Origin: a virus
Direction: 5' to 3' (one strand)
DNA length: 64,000 nucleotides
Virus record (IMG/VR): IMGVR_UViG_3300015615_001170
Coordinates: 505 to 64,504 of that record
The notes under the pieces: model-generated
The model's database searches: none
Seen by the model: the letters and a program-made list of their open reading frames with translations, nothing else
Told to the model about the DNA's origin: nothing
Shown: one piece after another, positions 35,701-44,503 of the stretch
Layout: each line of letters starts with the position of its first letter
Numbering within the stretch: position 1 is the stretch's first letter
Position numbers and translations under genes: made by a program

Positions 35701-38271
35701 CAGGCAATTCGTCGGCGGGTGATACACCACCAGCGGCCCCGAGCTCGACGGCCCGCCCGAAGAGGACAGATAGAAGTTCGGGAAGTGCGGCATCTTCCGG
35801 TACTGACCCGGATTAGCGAGGTTCACCGCCCAGAACTCTGCATCGTTCGGGTTCGGGTTCGTGTCGCGCGCGCTCGGATCGGCCGAGCTTGAGGTGAAGC
35901 GCTGCGGCCGCACGAAGAATCCCCACGGGCCCACGCAGCACCCGGAGTTCATGTACTGATTCGTGTAGGTGGTCGAGCCACCCTGCGAGTCTTTGTCCCC
36001 GATGGTGCGCGTCCAGGGATACGCAGCCCACGTGCTGGCGAAGCGGCGCGTGCGACGTGGCGCACCCTGGACAAGGTGGGCCGGGTTGCGCTCGAGATAC
36101 CAGAGGCCGTTGAGAATCGTGTGGAAGCCCAGGTCGAGGAACTCGTTCCATGCTCCAGGGCAATTGAAGTCCGTCGCAGATCCACCACGGTAGGGCTTGA
36201 CGTGGTTCCACCAGAAGTTGGTCTGCAGCGTGGGCGCCGTGCCGGTGCGGTTGCCGTCGACGTACGGGTTCCAATCGGCGTTGCCGTGTGTCCACAGCAG
36301 CGTCCTGAGGTTATAGATGCCCTGGTTTCCGCCGCCATCGTTGACCACCGACTGGGTCGCGTAGTTGACCCAGTACATCAGTTCATCGTTGACCGAGTAC
36401 AGCCACGTGACGTTGTCGTACTTGCCCACCCAGGAATAGGGCGCGTAGGACGTGGTGGTCCGCACACCGATCGAGCCTGACATCGGCACGCCTGCTTCGT
36501 TGGGCACGAACTGAACGTACAGCCCGTTGGGATACTCGGCCCAGTCGGGATAGGCGTAGGCGTAGGGCGCCCCTTGGAACGGGCTGGTCGACCACCCCTC
36601 TGCCTCGCCTCCGCTTGGAACGAACGGCTGCGCACCGTCTGGGATGACGAAGATCACCGCCGGGTCGGCGTCTGAGGTCACGCCGGCTACGCCATGGATG
36701 AAGCGGATCTTCCCGCCGACGATCGGCTCGCAGATCTTGTAGGCGGTGTACCGGCACGGGAACTCGGCGCTCGCTCCTCGAATTCGACGGCTCGCGCGGA
36801 TCGGATCTTTCTCGTCGTTGGCATTCGGCGGGATGCTCCCGCCGGCGTGCGTGAACACCTTGCGGAACGAGTCGCGCGGCGCCCACAGGTAACCGGTCTG
36901 CCCAGGCGCGATGCCGCCGAACGGCGTGGCCGTGTCGTTGAAGTACATCACCGAGTTGTCGTCGTAGCGCTGCTGCCCGTCGATGCTGGCAGCTGACGAC
37001 CCGCCGGCGCCCTGCGCCTCCCCGTGGTCCGCATCGGCGAATCCGATGATGCCGCCACGCTTGTCCATGAGCCACCGGTTCCACTTCACCCCGGCGATTG
37101 GGAACACGGTGTTCTGCTTGATGCCGATTGCCAGCGTCGCGGCGAAGCTGCCGCTGGACACCGGCGGGGCCGTAACAGTCACCTGCAGGGCGACCAGCAC
37201 CGGCGGGTTCACCCCATCGGATGCCGACAGGGACACCGAGTACATGCCAGCCGTCTGCGGCACGGTCAGGGCCGCGCCATTGCGCTGGAATCCAGCCGGC
37301 AATGTGGCGGGCTCGGCGAAGGACAGCTGCTGACCCTCTGGATCCTGGCACAGGCCATTGAGCGATACCACCTGCCCGGGCTGCAGGTTGAGCGTTGCCG
37401 TGGTCCACACGGGCTTGGCGTTCGCGGCGAAGGGGAAGGATGCGGACACCGCCTCCACGCCGTTGCTGTCGCGCACACGCAGGCGCACGGTGGTCGTGCC
37501 CGATGCAGTCGGGCTCACCGTGACCAGGCCGGTGGTCGCCGACATCGTCACCCCAACAGGGAACGCGGTGCCGGTGTCCAGCGCGTAGTTCACGATGCTC
37601 ACGCCGCTCGCGGGCTGGACGTACTGCGCCATGTTCACGCTGGTGCTCTGCGGCTGCACAAACCCGGTGGGCAGCGAGAACGTCGGGGCTTGGACGCTGA
37701 CCGAAGCCGAGCGGAACCCGATGCTGATGCCAGCAGCTGCAACCGTGGCGCCAGTGCCGAAGGTCACCGGGGCGAACTTCGAGATCACCGGGAATTCATT
37801 GAGCGCGGGCAGGATGGACATCGGCGCCCCGCCCGAGCTGGCCGAGACTTGGAAGTCATCCTGCGTCGCGTTCACCACGTAATAGCCCACACCCTCCGAC
37901 GCACCGACCGGCGCTCCGTTGAGGAACACCACGCGCTGTCCATTCTGCATCCCATGCACGGGCCAGAGCACGCGCGAGTTCTGCACGAAGTAGGACTGTT
38001 CCGTGCCACCCCAGGGGATGTAGCCGCGGAACTGCGCGCCGGCCCACAGGCCGACCCACGCCACTGTCCCACCCTGCGCGAGCGTCCACGCAAGCACGCC
38101 TGCGGTGACGCGCACGCCGTTGTCCTCGGGCAGCCAAGTGAGGTTCGAACGGGTGGACCCCGGGATGTCGATGGTGCCGCCAGCACCGGGGAAAGCGGAA
38201 TGGAGCGAGGCCTGCGTGATCTGATCGATCGGAGTGCCGAGCAGGCTCGCTTCGCCGGTTGGTGTGAGCAT
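32707..38271 (-). CDS. Giant (1854 aa) virion appendage/receptor-binding protein: adaptor-like N-terminus, Ig-like domains, propeller-like regions, repeated FCCH-like modules
   Basis: FPVGVTMSATTGLV..VRVRDS Ig-like; repeated HG..GD.V.F..P.PL..Y.V.N..FQ units. Confidence 0.75.
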   Translation of the reverse strand: MLTPTGEASLLGTPIDQITQASLHSAFPGAGGTIDIPGSTRSNLTWLPEDNGVRVTAGVLAWTLAQGGTVAWVGLWAGAQFRGYIPWGGTEQSYFVQNSRVLWPVHGMQNGQRVVFLNGAPVGASEGVGYYVVNATQDDFQVSASSGGAPMSILPALNEFPVISKFAPVTFGTGATVAAAGISIGFRSASVSVQAPTFSLPTGFVQPQSTSVNMAQYVQPASGVSIVNYALDTGTAFPVGVTMSATTGLVTVSPTASGTTTVRLRVRDSNGVEAVSASFPFAANAKPVWTTATLNLQPGQVVSLNGLCQDPEGQQLSFAEPATLPAGFQRNGAALTVPQTAGMYSVSLSASDGVNPPVLVALQVTVTAPPVSSGSFAATLAIGIKQNTVFPIAGVKWNRWLMDKRGGIIGFADADHGEAQGAGGSSAASIDGQQRYDDNSVMYFNDTATPFGGIAPGQTGYLWAPRDSFRKVFTHAGGSIPPNANDEKDPIRASRRIRGASAEFPCRYTAYKICEPIVGGKIRFIHGVAGVTSDADPAVIFVIPDGAQPFVPSGGEAEGWSTSPFQGAPYAYAYPDWAEYPNGLYVQFVPNEAGVPMSGSIGVRTTTSYAPYSWVGKYDNVTWLYSVNDELMYWVNYATQSVVNDGGGNQGIYNLRTLLWTHGNADWNPYVDGNRTGTAPTLQTNFWWNHVKPYRGGSATDFNCPGAWNEFLDLGFHTILNGLWYLERNPAHLVQGAPRRTRRFASTWAAYPWTRTIGDKDSQGGSTTYTNQYMNSGCCVGPWGFFVRPQRFTSSSADPSARDTNPNPNDAEFWAVNLANPGQYRKMPHFPNFYLSSSGGPSSSGPLVVYHPPTNCLIGVYKRLWKLDLDDAFNGVGQWVDVSPANWPVNGFVDVVGGIKKSQTSADPNAYEIVFMGDGTGVNSEWFNRLTITGSKLLGKLVDFGTDITYDGSGAPTPFHGKHLRFMYSAAYVDADTGKVVFAGPDGGFVYQFGGDYRGVPYTNSQVAKYPIRVQNDDTDSVVAKAQTSRRAWAPGSTYRGWRLGTGGSATTQVIEIRNAGTSGVGPVIDTIPIGTLPGAERELAWNAGIVCSAGIYISNPNTLRTCYAFTNDGWATDSGRQDQWRAPARLINGRVQMELCINPAAFYPLEETEPDEAELSPWHPDGVGIIKDKRHSFWMGAGYYRFAQRTMPRMSINDGIMAVYRIHIPAKSTDGVARGDAFWKPPQNYLIGDNADRVNVDDIFMGNAPPNVINGASNAFSCYWDKEDVMMMIGQQQFANFYIYKFQLCDEGYFSASVTTNRITWAGNTLVDGDKVQFYDGTPPAPLAAGLWYDVLNSGASTGVNIDTFQLADEGSTTPIVITGTQRSPSAYTVDVAANRILCPSNPFSEGQTLQFVDGRVPRGMKRDTIYEAVNRTTSGFQVRKVGAATVATLKSQPGPGARVTASVRVRRVHAKRTPYRWTRQLISRPDLTGFIALLNGLRRSTGVRSFTVDRTANTILTGNSAAPHHLQQGDVIRFIYGEPPAPLVRNHDYQVLNPTATSLQVGEIGSSVVIDITVQDYTDNGYDRGCVIQTKGRGNFSVSSGRIAMTGHGWITGDRVKFVEAAPPAPLVQNVEYEVTGETTNDFAVQEIGGGGAITLTAPANAACRIWGPPRAYNSSTNTATLWSGPQEVIGDNAYISVMWGGGSGAYRDGTGAMIMRVNLIDTSDVEYAPMPFHWVRGFDAPPANPGLDDEAATPTVFTPQSINELRYMKALGHLLVISPPSGDYVNDEPVIWWYNTITKQYGSSQTWDQLRATAVAANPANDLTWPATVSINRGGMATVDEKRAVWIMLRSVNGSGAKVLELRLPVL

Positions 38272-38277
38272 GCGCGA

Positions 38278-38898
38278 TTACTCGATGCGAGATTGGAACG
38301 AGTTGCAGGTGTACACGCCCTGAGCGCTGTACGCGTTCTCGACGATCTTGGACATCCGCGTCTTCAGCCCAGGCTGCGTGCTGATGCCCGTGACGGCCGA
38401 ACCGCCCGCGCTGGTGGACAGGCGGAAGGTGTTCGTCGCCGCATCGATCACGTGGTAGGGCTGCCCCTCGGTGATGCCCGTGGGCGTGCCAGGACCCCAG
38501 AACACGACGAGCGAGGGTGCCGGGCCGGTGGAGTTCGCGTAGCCGTGGCCGGGCGCCAGGATGGTGTCGGTGCCCTGAACTTGGAAGGTCTTCTCCTGCG
38601 CACCGCAGGGCTGCACCTCGAGCAGCGAGCCGCTCGTCTCCGCAGTCCACCGGCCATGCCAACGCACGGTCTTGCCGGTGTAGACGTTGAACACCAGTGC
38701 CGCGGTGATCGCGCGCACGCCATCAGACGCCGCGCCGAAGTTCGCCTGCAGTCGTCCGTAGAAGGGCGAGCCTTGGTTGGTCGCCAGTTCGTTCGCCCCA
38801 TTGGTGCCGGGGTAGCCGTCGTGCAAGCTGATCCAGGCGCCACCGAAGCCGCCGGAGTCGGCGATCATGCTGTTGCGCCCCGCTGGGGTGAGAGACAT
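38278..38898 (-). CDS. Virion structural adaptor, paralogous to the N-terminus of the 1854-aa protein
   Basis: Both start M(S)LTP.G, have SLH..(Y/F)PG..G, G.W, and one HG..V.F..Y.V..AT..F..S.S.GG module. Confidence 0.7.
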   Translation of the reverse strand: MSLTPAGRNSMIADSGGFGGAWISLHDGYPGTNGANELATNQGSPFYGRLQANFGAASDGVRAITAALVFNVYTGKTVRWHGRWTAETSGSLLEVQPCGAQEKTFQVQGTDTILAPGHGYANSTGPAPSLVVFWGPGTPTGITEGQPYHVIDAATNTFRLSTSAGGSAVTGISTQPGLKTRMSKIVENAYSAQGVYTCNSFQSRIE

Positions 38899-38910
38899 CT
38901 ACGAACCTCC

Positions 38911-38936
38911 AAAAAAAAAGCCCGCTATGCGCGGGC
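38911..38936 (-). terminator. Intrinsic terminator downstream of portal/38964 gene
   Basis: GCCCGC/GCGGGC stem followed by T9 on - strand. Confidence 0.8.
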
Positions 38937-38963
38937 CCGGGTGCTGCTGTTGAGAAGTGAGCG

Positions 38964-39287
38964 TTACGTGACGATCGGCGGGGGCGGCGGGACGGTGCCC
39001 ATGAAGATGCGAACAGGCGAGTCGATCATTACGCCTCGGATCTCGAAGGTGTCCACGACCACGGGACCGACCGGCACACCGTTCACGTCCAGGCGCTGCA
39101 CCGACACCAAGGCGTTGCCCGGCTGCTTGAAGCCGAAGATCGCAACGAGTGTGGATGGGTCCACCACCTGCACCTGCTCTACGCCACTGGGCCCAATAGC
39201 CTTGAACACGTAACCGCCACCAGGCGGCGTTCCCTCCGGGTACATCACCGGCTCTACTTGAACCCCAAATGGGTGACTGACTGCCAT
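38964..39287 (-). CDS. Small beta-rich hypothetical protein
   Basis: GGAG RBS, compact ORF after portal. Confidence 0.55.
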   Translation of the reverse strand: MAVSHPFGVQVEPVMYPEGTPPGGGYVFKAIGPSGVEQVQVVDPSTLVAIFGFKQPGNALVSVQRLDVNGVPVGPVVVDTFEIRGVMIDSPVRIFMGTVPPPPPIVT

Positions 39288-39296
39288 GTGCTACTC

Positions 39297-41831
39297 CTAT
39301 TGCTGAGAGACTTCGAGTTGATAACTGCCGTCGGGCATTTTCCGAGCGACCCCTGACTTCTTCTCCGGGCCGCGCTGGAGCGCGTCCACCAGTTCGCTGA
39401 ACTTCGCTCCGAAGTCGGGAGGCAGCACCAACTCGGTGGTCTGGTTTGCAGGGCGCGAGAGCAGCGCCATGAGGGTTTGCTTCAGTTCGTCCAACTGCCC
39501 GGCCATCTGCTGGGAGATGCCGTCCTTGTCGCGCGAGGCCTGCTGCATGGCCATGCGCAACTCGGCGATCTGCGCCTTGAGCGCGCCGCCGTCCTGCTGC
39601 TGCTCTTTCGAGGTGAGCAGCTGGGTCAGCCGGTCGAGCTTGGCATTGACCTCCCCGCGCAGGGCCTCGACATCGGGGCTCGGTTGCGCAGCACTTGCTT
39701 GCTTCTTGCTGCCACTCTTGGCCGGCTTGTCCGCTTGCACAGAACCGCCATCGGCATAGCCGGTCACGCGCTCGACCAGATCCACGGTCTGCGCAAGGTC
39801 CTCGCGCTCGGCTGCATCGGCCTCGCGCATCGCCGCCTCACCATCGAGGGCCATGCGCTGCTCCTGCTCCGCGCGCCGCATCGCCATCTCTTCGTCCTTC
39901 TGGTCGAGTTGGCGATGCTTGACCTCGAGTTCGCCTTCCTTGGACTTGAGCGCCTGCTCCTGCTCGGCCAGCGCTGCCTGCAGCTTGCCCACGAGGTCCT
40001 GCAGCGCGGCGTTGTCCTGCTGCAGCTGCATCGCCTGGGGATCCTGGGGCTGGCCGTCCTCGCTCACGCCGATCGCACGCGAGATCGCATCGGCAATCTC
40101 GTGGCGCTGCGGCAGATCCGAGGCGCGCATCAGGAACGGCACGATGAAGGCCTGCAGGGCCGGTGGCATTCCCTTGGACATCTCGCCCAGCATCATGAAC
40201 ATCTGCGCGCGGTAGGCCGGCGTGGCGGGCACGTCCTCGAGGCCGACCTTCATCATCGCGCGCTCGACGTCGTTGTCGCGGTACTCGCCCAGTTCATCGT
40301 GGGCGGGCACGTTGAGCATCACGGTCTTCTTCTTCTTGCCCGGCTCGTCGATCTTGATGGCGACGTTTTCCTTCTTCGCCATGTCCTCGACGATCAGTTC
40401 GAGCCCGTAGTCGAAGACCAACTGGCGCGCGAAGCGGTAGTTGTCGTTGATCTCGGCCAGCGTGGTCACGCCCTGCTCGACCAGCGATGCGATGGCGATG
40501 CCGGACTTGGTGCCGGCTGGGTTGCCCAGCATCGGCTGGTACACACCAGCAGCCTCCTGCAGCGCCTGCTTGCGCTCCTGCATGATCTCGAACTGCTGCT
40601 GCGAGAGCGGGAGATCCTGCTCGACCTTGAACACGTGCTTGCTCGCGTCGAAGTTCTCGGACAGTTCGATCCACGCGTCAGCGCGCGCCACTTCCTTGCG
40701 CGCCGCATCTGGATTGGCCACCGCCTGCTTCGATGCGAGCACGCGCTTGCTCGAGAGCAGCCACATCATCTTTGCCGAACGGGCGTTCACCTCGTCCTGC
40801 GGCGAGAGCATGGCGCGGACCAGCCCGTAGGGCGCGGCCGAGCGATCCTCACGCTTGCCCCAGAAGGGCACGTAGGGGAAGTGGTTCTGCTTCGTCTCGA
40901 TGTCATCGAGGCGATACGGTCCAATCCACCACGACAGGCGCACCCGGGAGAACACCGCCGGGATGGGCTCCATCTTCCCTGAGAGCACCGCGGCTGCGTG
41001 GCGCGGGTTCTTCACGTTCACCTCGACCACGCGCCCGTTGGGCAACTCCACCACGTGGCCTTCCTTCCACACCCGATACCAGACCTCGTAGAGCCCCAGG
41101 CGCTTGCGCTCGGTGTCCAGCCACTCGGACTGGTCGATGCGCGTGGCCATCATCGAGTTCAGGTTCTGCGCGAGCCCCATGTCGCGGATCAGTTCCAGAT
41201 CCCAGTTCGGCTTGTCCAGCCGGCCGACCAGGTGCTCGAGCAGCTTCTTGTGGCGCTTGAAGACGTTGATCAGGAGGTCGACGTCGTACCACTTGCGCCG
41301 CACCAGATAGCGGGCGTCGTCCAGAGGGCCCGACAGGTCGTGCCAGTCCCACCAGATCTCGTTGCGCGGCACATACTCGACCACGTATCGGTACTTGAAC
41401 GGGTCGAAAGAGCGGCCGACGTACACCCAGCCCAGGCCCGCTTTGATCTGCGAGGCGTAGGCGTCCGATACCGCCTTGTCGGCGCGCGACTCGCGCTGCA
41501 GCTCGAGCAGCTTCTTCGACATCGCCTCGGACACATCCTGCCACTCGTCATCGTCGGGCTTCACACGCGGGTTGGAGCGCGTCTTCGCCTCCATGCCCAG
41601 CACCAGATCCACGGTCGGGGCGATCAGGTTGCTGACCAGCGGAGGGATGCCCAGGCGCGCCATGCGCTGCAGGACATCGCTGTCGAGTTGGTGGTTGTCG
41701 TAGTAGTCGCAGCACTTGTCTGCCTCGCGGCGCCACTGCGGCTGCAGGCGGATGTCGTCGAGGAACGCTTCGAGCTTCTCGATCTCCATCGCGCCACGGC
41801 CCTGCGCGAGGTCCATAGAGTGATACGTCAT
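39297..41831 (-). CDS. Portal protein (P22-like) with long C-terminal coiled-coil extension
   Basis: WRREADKCCDYYD..NLIAPTVDLVLGME..FPYVPFWG.REDR..PYGLVRAM..PQDEVN. Confidence 0.92.
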   Translation of the reverse strand: MTYHSMDLAQGRGAMEIEKLEAFLDDIRLQPQWRREADKCCDYYDNHQLDSDVLQRMARLGIPPLVSNLIAPTVDLVLGMEAKTRSNPRVKPDDDEWQDVSEAMSKKLLELQRESRADKAVSDAYASQIKAGLGWVYVGRSFDPFKYRYVVEYVPRNEIWWDWHDLSGPLDDARYLVRRKWYDVDLLINVFKRHKKLLEHLVGRLDKPNWDLELIRDMGLAQNLNSMMATRIDQSEWLDTERKRLGLYEVWYRVWKEGHVVELPNGRVVEVNVKNPRHAAAVLSGKMEPIPAVFSRVRLSWWIGPYRLDDIETKQNHFPYVPFWGKREDRSAAPYGLVRAMLSPQDEVNARSAKMMWLLSSKRVLASKQAVANPDAARKEVARADAWIELSENFDASKHVFKVEQDLPLSQQQFEIMQERKQALQEAAGVYQPMLGNPAGTKSGIAIASLVEQGVTTLAEINDNYRFARQLVFDYGLELIVEDMAKKENVAIKIDEPGKKKKTVMLNVPAHDELGEYRDNDVERAMMKVGLEDVPATPAYRAQMFMMLGEMSKGMPPALQAFIVPFLMRASDLPQRHEIADAISRAIGVSEDGQPQDPQAMQLQQDNAALQDLVGKLQAALAEQEQALKSKEGELEVKHRQLDQKDEEMAMRRAEQEQRMALDGEAAMREADAAEREDLAQTVDLVERVTGYADGGSVQADKPAKSGSKKQASAAQPSPDVEALRGEVNAKLDRLTQLLTSKEQQQDGGALKAQIAELRMAMQQASRDKDGISQQMAGQLDELKQTLMALLSRPANQTTELVLPPDFGAKFSELVDALQRGPEKKSGVARKMPDGSYQLEVSQQ

Positions 41832-43336
41832 CCCCCGGCTCTCCAGTCGAAGTCCCGCTCGGGGTCCAGACCGCCGGTGCCCGCATCCGCCTCATGGCGC
41901 ATGGTGAATGTCAGCGCGAGCGCGTCACCGCTGTCAGGACTGAGTAGCCCGCGTTTCTCCATGCTCTTCTTGCTCTCCAGTTTCACCCGTTGGGATGAGT
42001 CGATGTCTTTGTTCGGCCCGCTCAGATCCACCGCGAGCACGTCGTCGTCGGGGATGTCGGGGTCGTCGTTCAGAAACCATTCGCGCATCTCGCCCCACAG
42101 TTCATCGCGGCGGATGCCATAGCGGTCGCGGTCGAAGGGGCGCTCGCCGAAGAGCACGCGCACCACCTTGCCGCCCAGCAGTTCGTTGATGCGGTCGATG
42201 ATTCCCGATCCCACACCGCCGGCGTCCGCGTAGGCGAAGGCCGGGCGCATCTGTTGGAAGCGGCGCACGATCATCGCCACCTGCTCCATGGGGCGCAGCC
42301 CGTAGTGGCGCTCGACCTTCACTGCCTTGCGCCCGCGCCGGAAGGCAATCGCCAGCGCAGCCTTCGCCCCGTCGCTCGGGTCGATGCCCATGACCAGCGG
42401 CGATCGGCCCTCGGGCAACTCCAGCTTGCGTGCCTTCTGGATGTTCACCAGAGGGATCATCGGATCGCCCTGCTGCCGCGCGAAGGCGAGCTCGGCCGTG
42501 GCCGGGTACTCCTGATCGAACAGACTCAGGTCACCGTGGAAGTCGTCCTTGATCTTCTGCACGCGCCACGCGCTCTGCTCGGGTGTGAGCCCGTACAGTT
42601 CGGCGTACTCGCGGTCTTCAGGCGAGGCCTCGAAGGTCGTCGCCTCGCGCGTGTATTCCGCCTGCCACATCCACGGGATGAACACCGCGACGTAGTCGGA
42701 CATGCCGCGCATCGCTTCCTGCCACAGCGTGTGGAAGCGGTTGCCGATGCCGTTGGCGGTCGACTCGAGGATCACCTCGGTGTCGCGCATGCTCGGGATC
42801 GCCTGCCCCAGGCCGGCGAAGTTCTCCTCCGCATTCGGCCAGAACGCCACCTCCGAGCCGTGGAAGTACTGGATGGTGAACGAGCGTCCAGTCGCGCTGG
42901 TCTTGGCCGTGCCCACCGCGTAACGCGAGTGCAGCCGGTCAAAGACCAGTTCGTTGGCGTTCGAGTGTGCGGTGTGGGGCCGCAGCACCTCGGGGCAGTT
43001 GTTGTGATACCGCTTGGCCATGCCGAACAGGTTCGACGTGGCCTTGTCCTCGTGGGTCAGGATGAAGGCGGTCTTGCCGAACTGCCCGGAGGTCAGCCAG
43101 TACAAGCGCCCCTCGGCGTAGGTCGACATGCCCTGCTGACGTCCTTTCAGAATCAGCACCCTCACCTTCCCGGTCTTCTCCTTCTGCCGCTCGATCTGCT
43201 GGTGCAGATACGCCTGGGCCCGGTTCAACCGGAAGGGGACGAGGTCGCCCTTCTTGTCGAGGATGCGCAGGCACCGCGGCGCGTAGAACGTGAAGTCGGA
43301 ACGGAACGGGGTGAGCAGCTGGGCTGCTCTGCTCAA
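41828..43336 (-). CDS. terL: Terminase large subunit
   Basis: ILKGRQQGMST, FHGSEVAFW, ILESTANG, QEYP, MGIDPS, SPDSGDALALTF. Confidence 0.93.
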   Translation of the reverse strand: MSRAAQLLTPFRSDFTFYAPRCLRILDKKGDLVPFRLNRAQAYLHQQIERQKEKTGKVRVLILKGRQQGMSTYAEGRLYWLTSGQFGKTAFILTHEDKATSNLFGMAKRYHNNCPEVLRPHTAHSNANELVFDRLHSRYAVGTAKTSATGRSFTIQYFHGSEVAFWPNAEENFAGLGQAIPSMRDTEVILESTANGIGNRFHTLWQEAMRGMSDYVAVFIPWMWQAEYTREATTFEASPEDREYAELYGLTPEQSAWRVQKIKDDFHGDLSLFDQEYPATAELAFARQQGDPMIPLVNIQKARKLELPEGRSPLVMGIDPSDGAKAALAIAFRRGRKAVKVERHYGLRPMEQVAMIVRRFQQMRPAFAYADAGGVGSGIIDRINELLGGKVVRVLFGERPFDRDRYGIRRDELWGEMREWFLNDDPDIPDDDVLAVDLSGPNKDIDSSQRVKLESKKSMEKRGLLSPDSGDALALTFTMRHEADAGTGGLDPERDFDWRAGG

Positions 43337-43530
43337 GGACCTTCCTCCATCACCAGCATCGCGTACGCCTCACCCCAGCGCATGTACTCGCCAGCGTTCG
43401 CATACTGGGCAGGGACGATCCAGTATTCCTGCCCGTCTTCCTTGAACGCCCTGCGCCAACGGTAGAACCCCAGCCTGGTGGCGATGTTGTCGGGAGCGGT
43501 CACCGGAGGGGCAGCCAGATCAGCCCGCAT
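43333..43530 (-). CDS. Small hypothetical protein
   Basis: Coupled ORF between terS and terL. Confidence 0.5.
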   Translation of the reverse strand: MRADLAAPPVTAPDNIATRLGFYRWRRAFKEDGQEYWIVPAQYANAGEYMRWGEAYAMLVMEEGP

Positions 43531-44137
43531 CGACGCCCTCCTTCTGCAGTTTCTCGAGCAGCTGCTCGTAGGTCATCGTCTCGCCCTCGCCGTCTTCCTT
43601 GATGCCGTAGGACTGGCGCTCCAGGCTGATCAGCTTGCCCAGCGCGCTGGCGAGCTTGTCCATCGACTGCACCCGAGCGGGCAGGCTCACAGCGGCCAGC
43701 ATCGTGTCGCGGCGCTGCTTCGTCTTATCGCCGGCCGTCTCTTCCTCGATCAACTCCTCGACGAGGTCGACCTTGTCGGTCACCGCCGTGAGTTCGTTGA
43801 ACAGCTTGCTGGTGAGCACCCGGCCGATGCGGATGTCGGTGCGATGCGCCTTGATCAGTTCCGAGCGCACCAGCGCACCGTGGGCAATCACCTGCTCATC
43901 GGTCATGCGCTCGCGGCCATCGCTCGCGGCCAGGATGGCTTCAGTCTCGTCCTTCACCCGCTGGACCAGGTCGCGCTTCCAGCCGTAGCGCGAGGCGCGC
44001 ATGCGGATGGCGTCGGCGCTTACGTGGTGCTTCTTCGCGATCTCGGGCACCGGCAATACGCCGGCCCGGTACTCCGCTTCAATCAGGCGCCAGCCCGACT
44101 TCGGGGTGTGGCGCTTCTTCTTGATCTGCTCGGCCAT
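43520..44137 (-). CDS. terS: Terminase small subunit
   Basis: W..IEAEYRAG..EIAKKH.VS..AIR.RA..GW.RDL HTH; LERQSYGI; upstream of terL. Confidence 0.8.
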   Translation of the reverse strand: MAEQIKKKRHTPKSGWRLIEAEYRAGVLPVPEIAKKHHVSADAIRMRASRYGWKRDLVQRVKDETEAILAASDGRERMTDEQVIAHGALVRSELIKAHRTDIRIGRVLTSKLFNELTAVTDKVDLVEELIEEETAGDKTKQRRDTMLAAVSLPARVQSMDKLASALGKLISLERQSYGIKEDGEGETMTYEQLLEKLQKEGVDAG

Positions 44138-44140
44138 ACA

Positions 44141-44503
44141 TCACACTTCGTGGCCAGCCCAGGCCGAGATTCCAGCCAGCGTCCCGCTGATGCTGTTGAC
44201 CTTGACGATGCCGTACTTCCAGGCGCCCACCTCGACGCCGGAGGAGGACAGTTCTACGTCGATGCCGACGCCCACCCCAGTCAGCGCGATGGCGGTGCCG
44301 GTCACCTTGTGCTTGGCCGCACTGGCCAGCGTGGTGGAGTCGGCGCAGCGCTCATCGTTGGATACGAAGATGTCGACGGCAGCGGTCGCAGTGCCAGTCG
44401 AGCCACTTAGGCCAACCTGGATGGTGTTCGCCTTTCCCTGCAGGACGAACGCTACTTCGCCCGTGGTGGTGCGGCGATCGACCACTTTGCGGTTTCCGAC
44501 CAT
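44141..44503 (-). CDS. Hypothetical beta-rich protein
   Basis: GGAG RBS; MVGNRKVVDRRTTTG.. Confidence 0.6.
   Translation of the reverse strand: MVGNRKVVDRRTTTGEVAFVLQGKANTIQVGLSGSTGTATAAVDIFVSNDERCADSTTLASAAKHKVTGTAIALTGVGVGIDVELSSSGVEVGAWKYGIVKVNSISGTLAGISAWAGHEV

Noticed and set aside
29487..38898. Diversity-generating retroelement acting on appendage genes
   Set aside because: No reverse transcriptase and no adenine-specific TR/VR pair seen
5333..44410. Many long + strand ORFs (e.g. 8024-9829, 16166-18298, 32533-34917, 37024-39213)
   Set aside because: In-register antisense shadows of GC3-rich minus-strand genes, with no recognisable motifs
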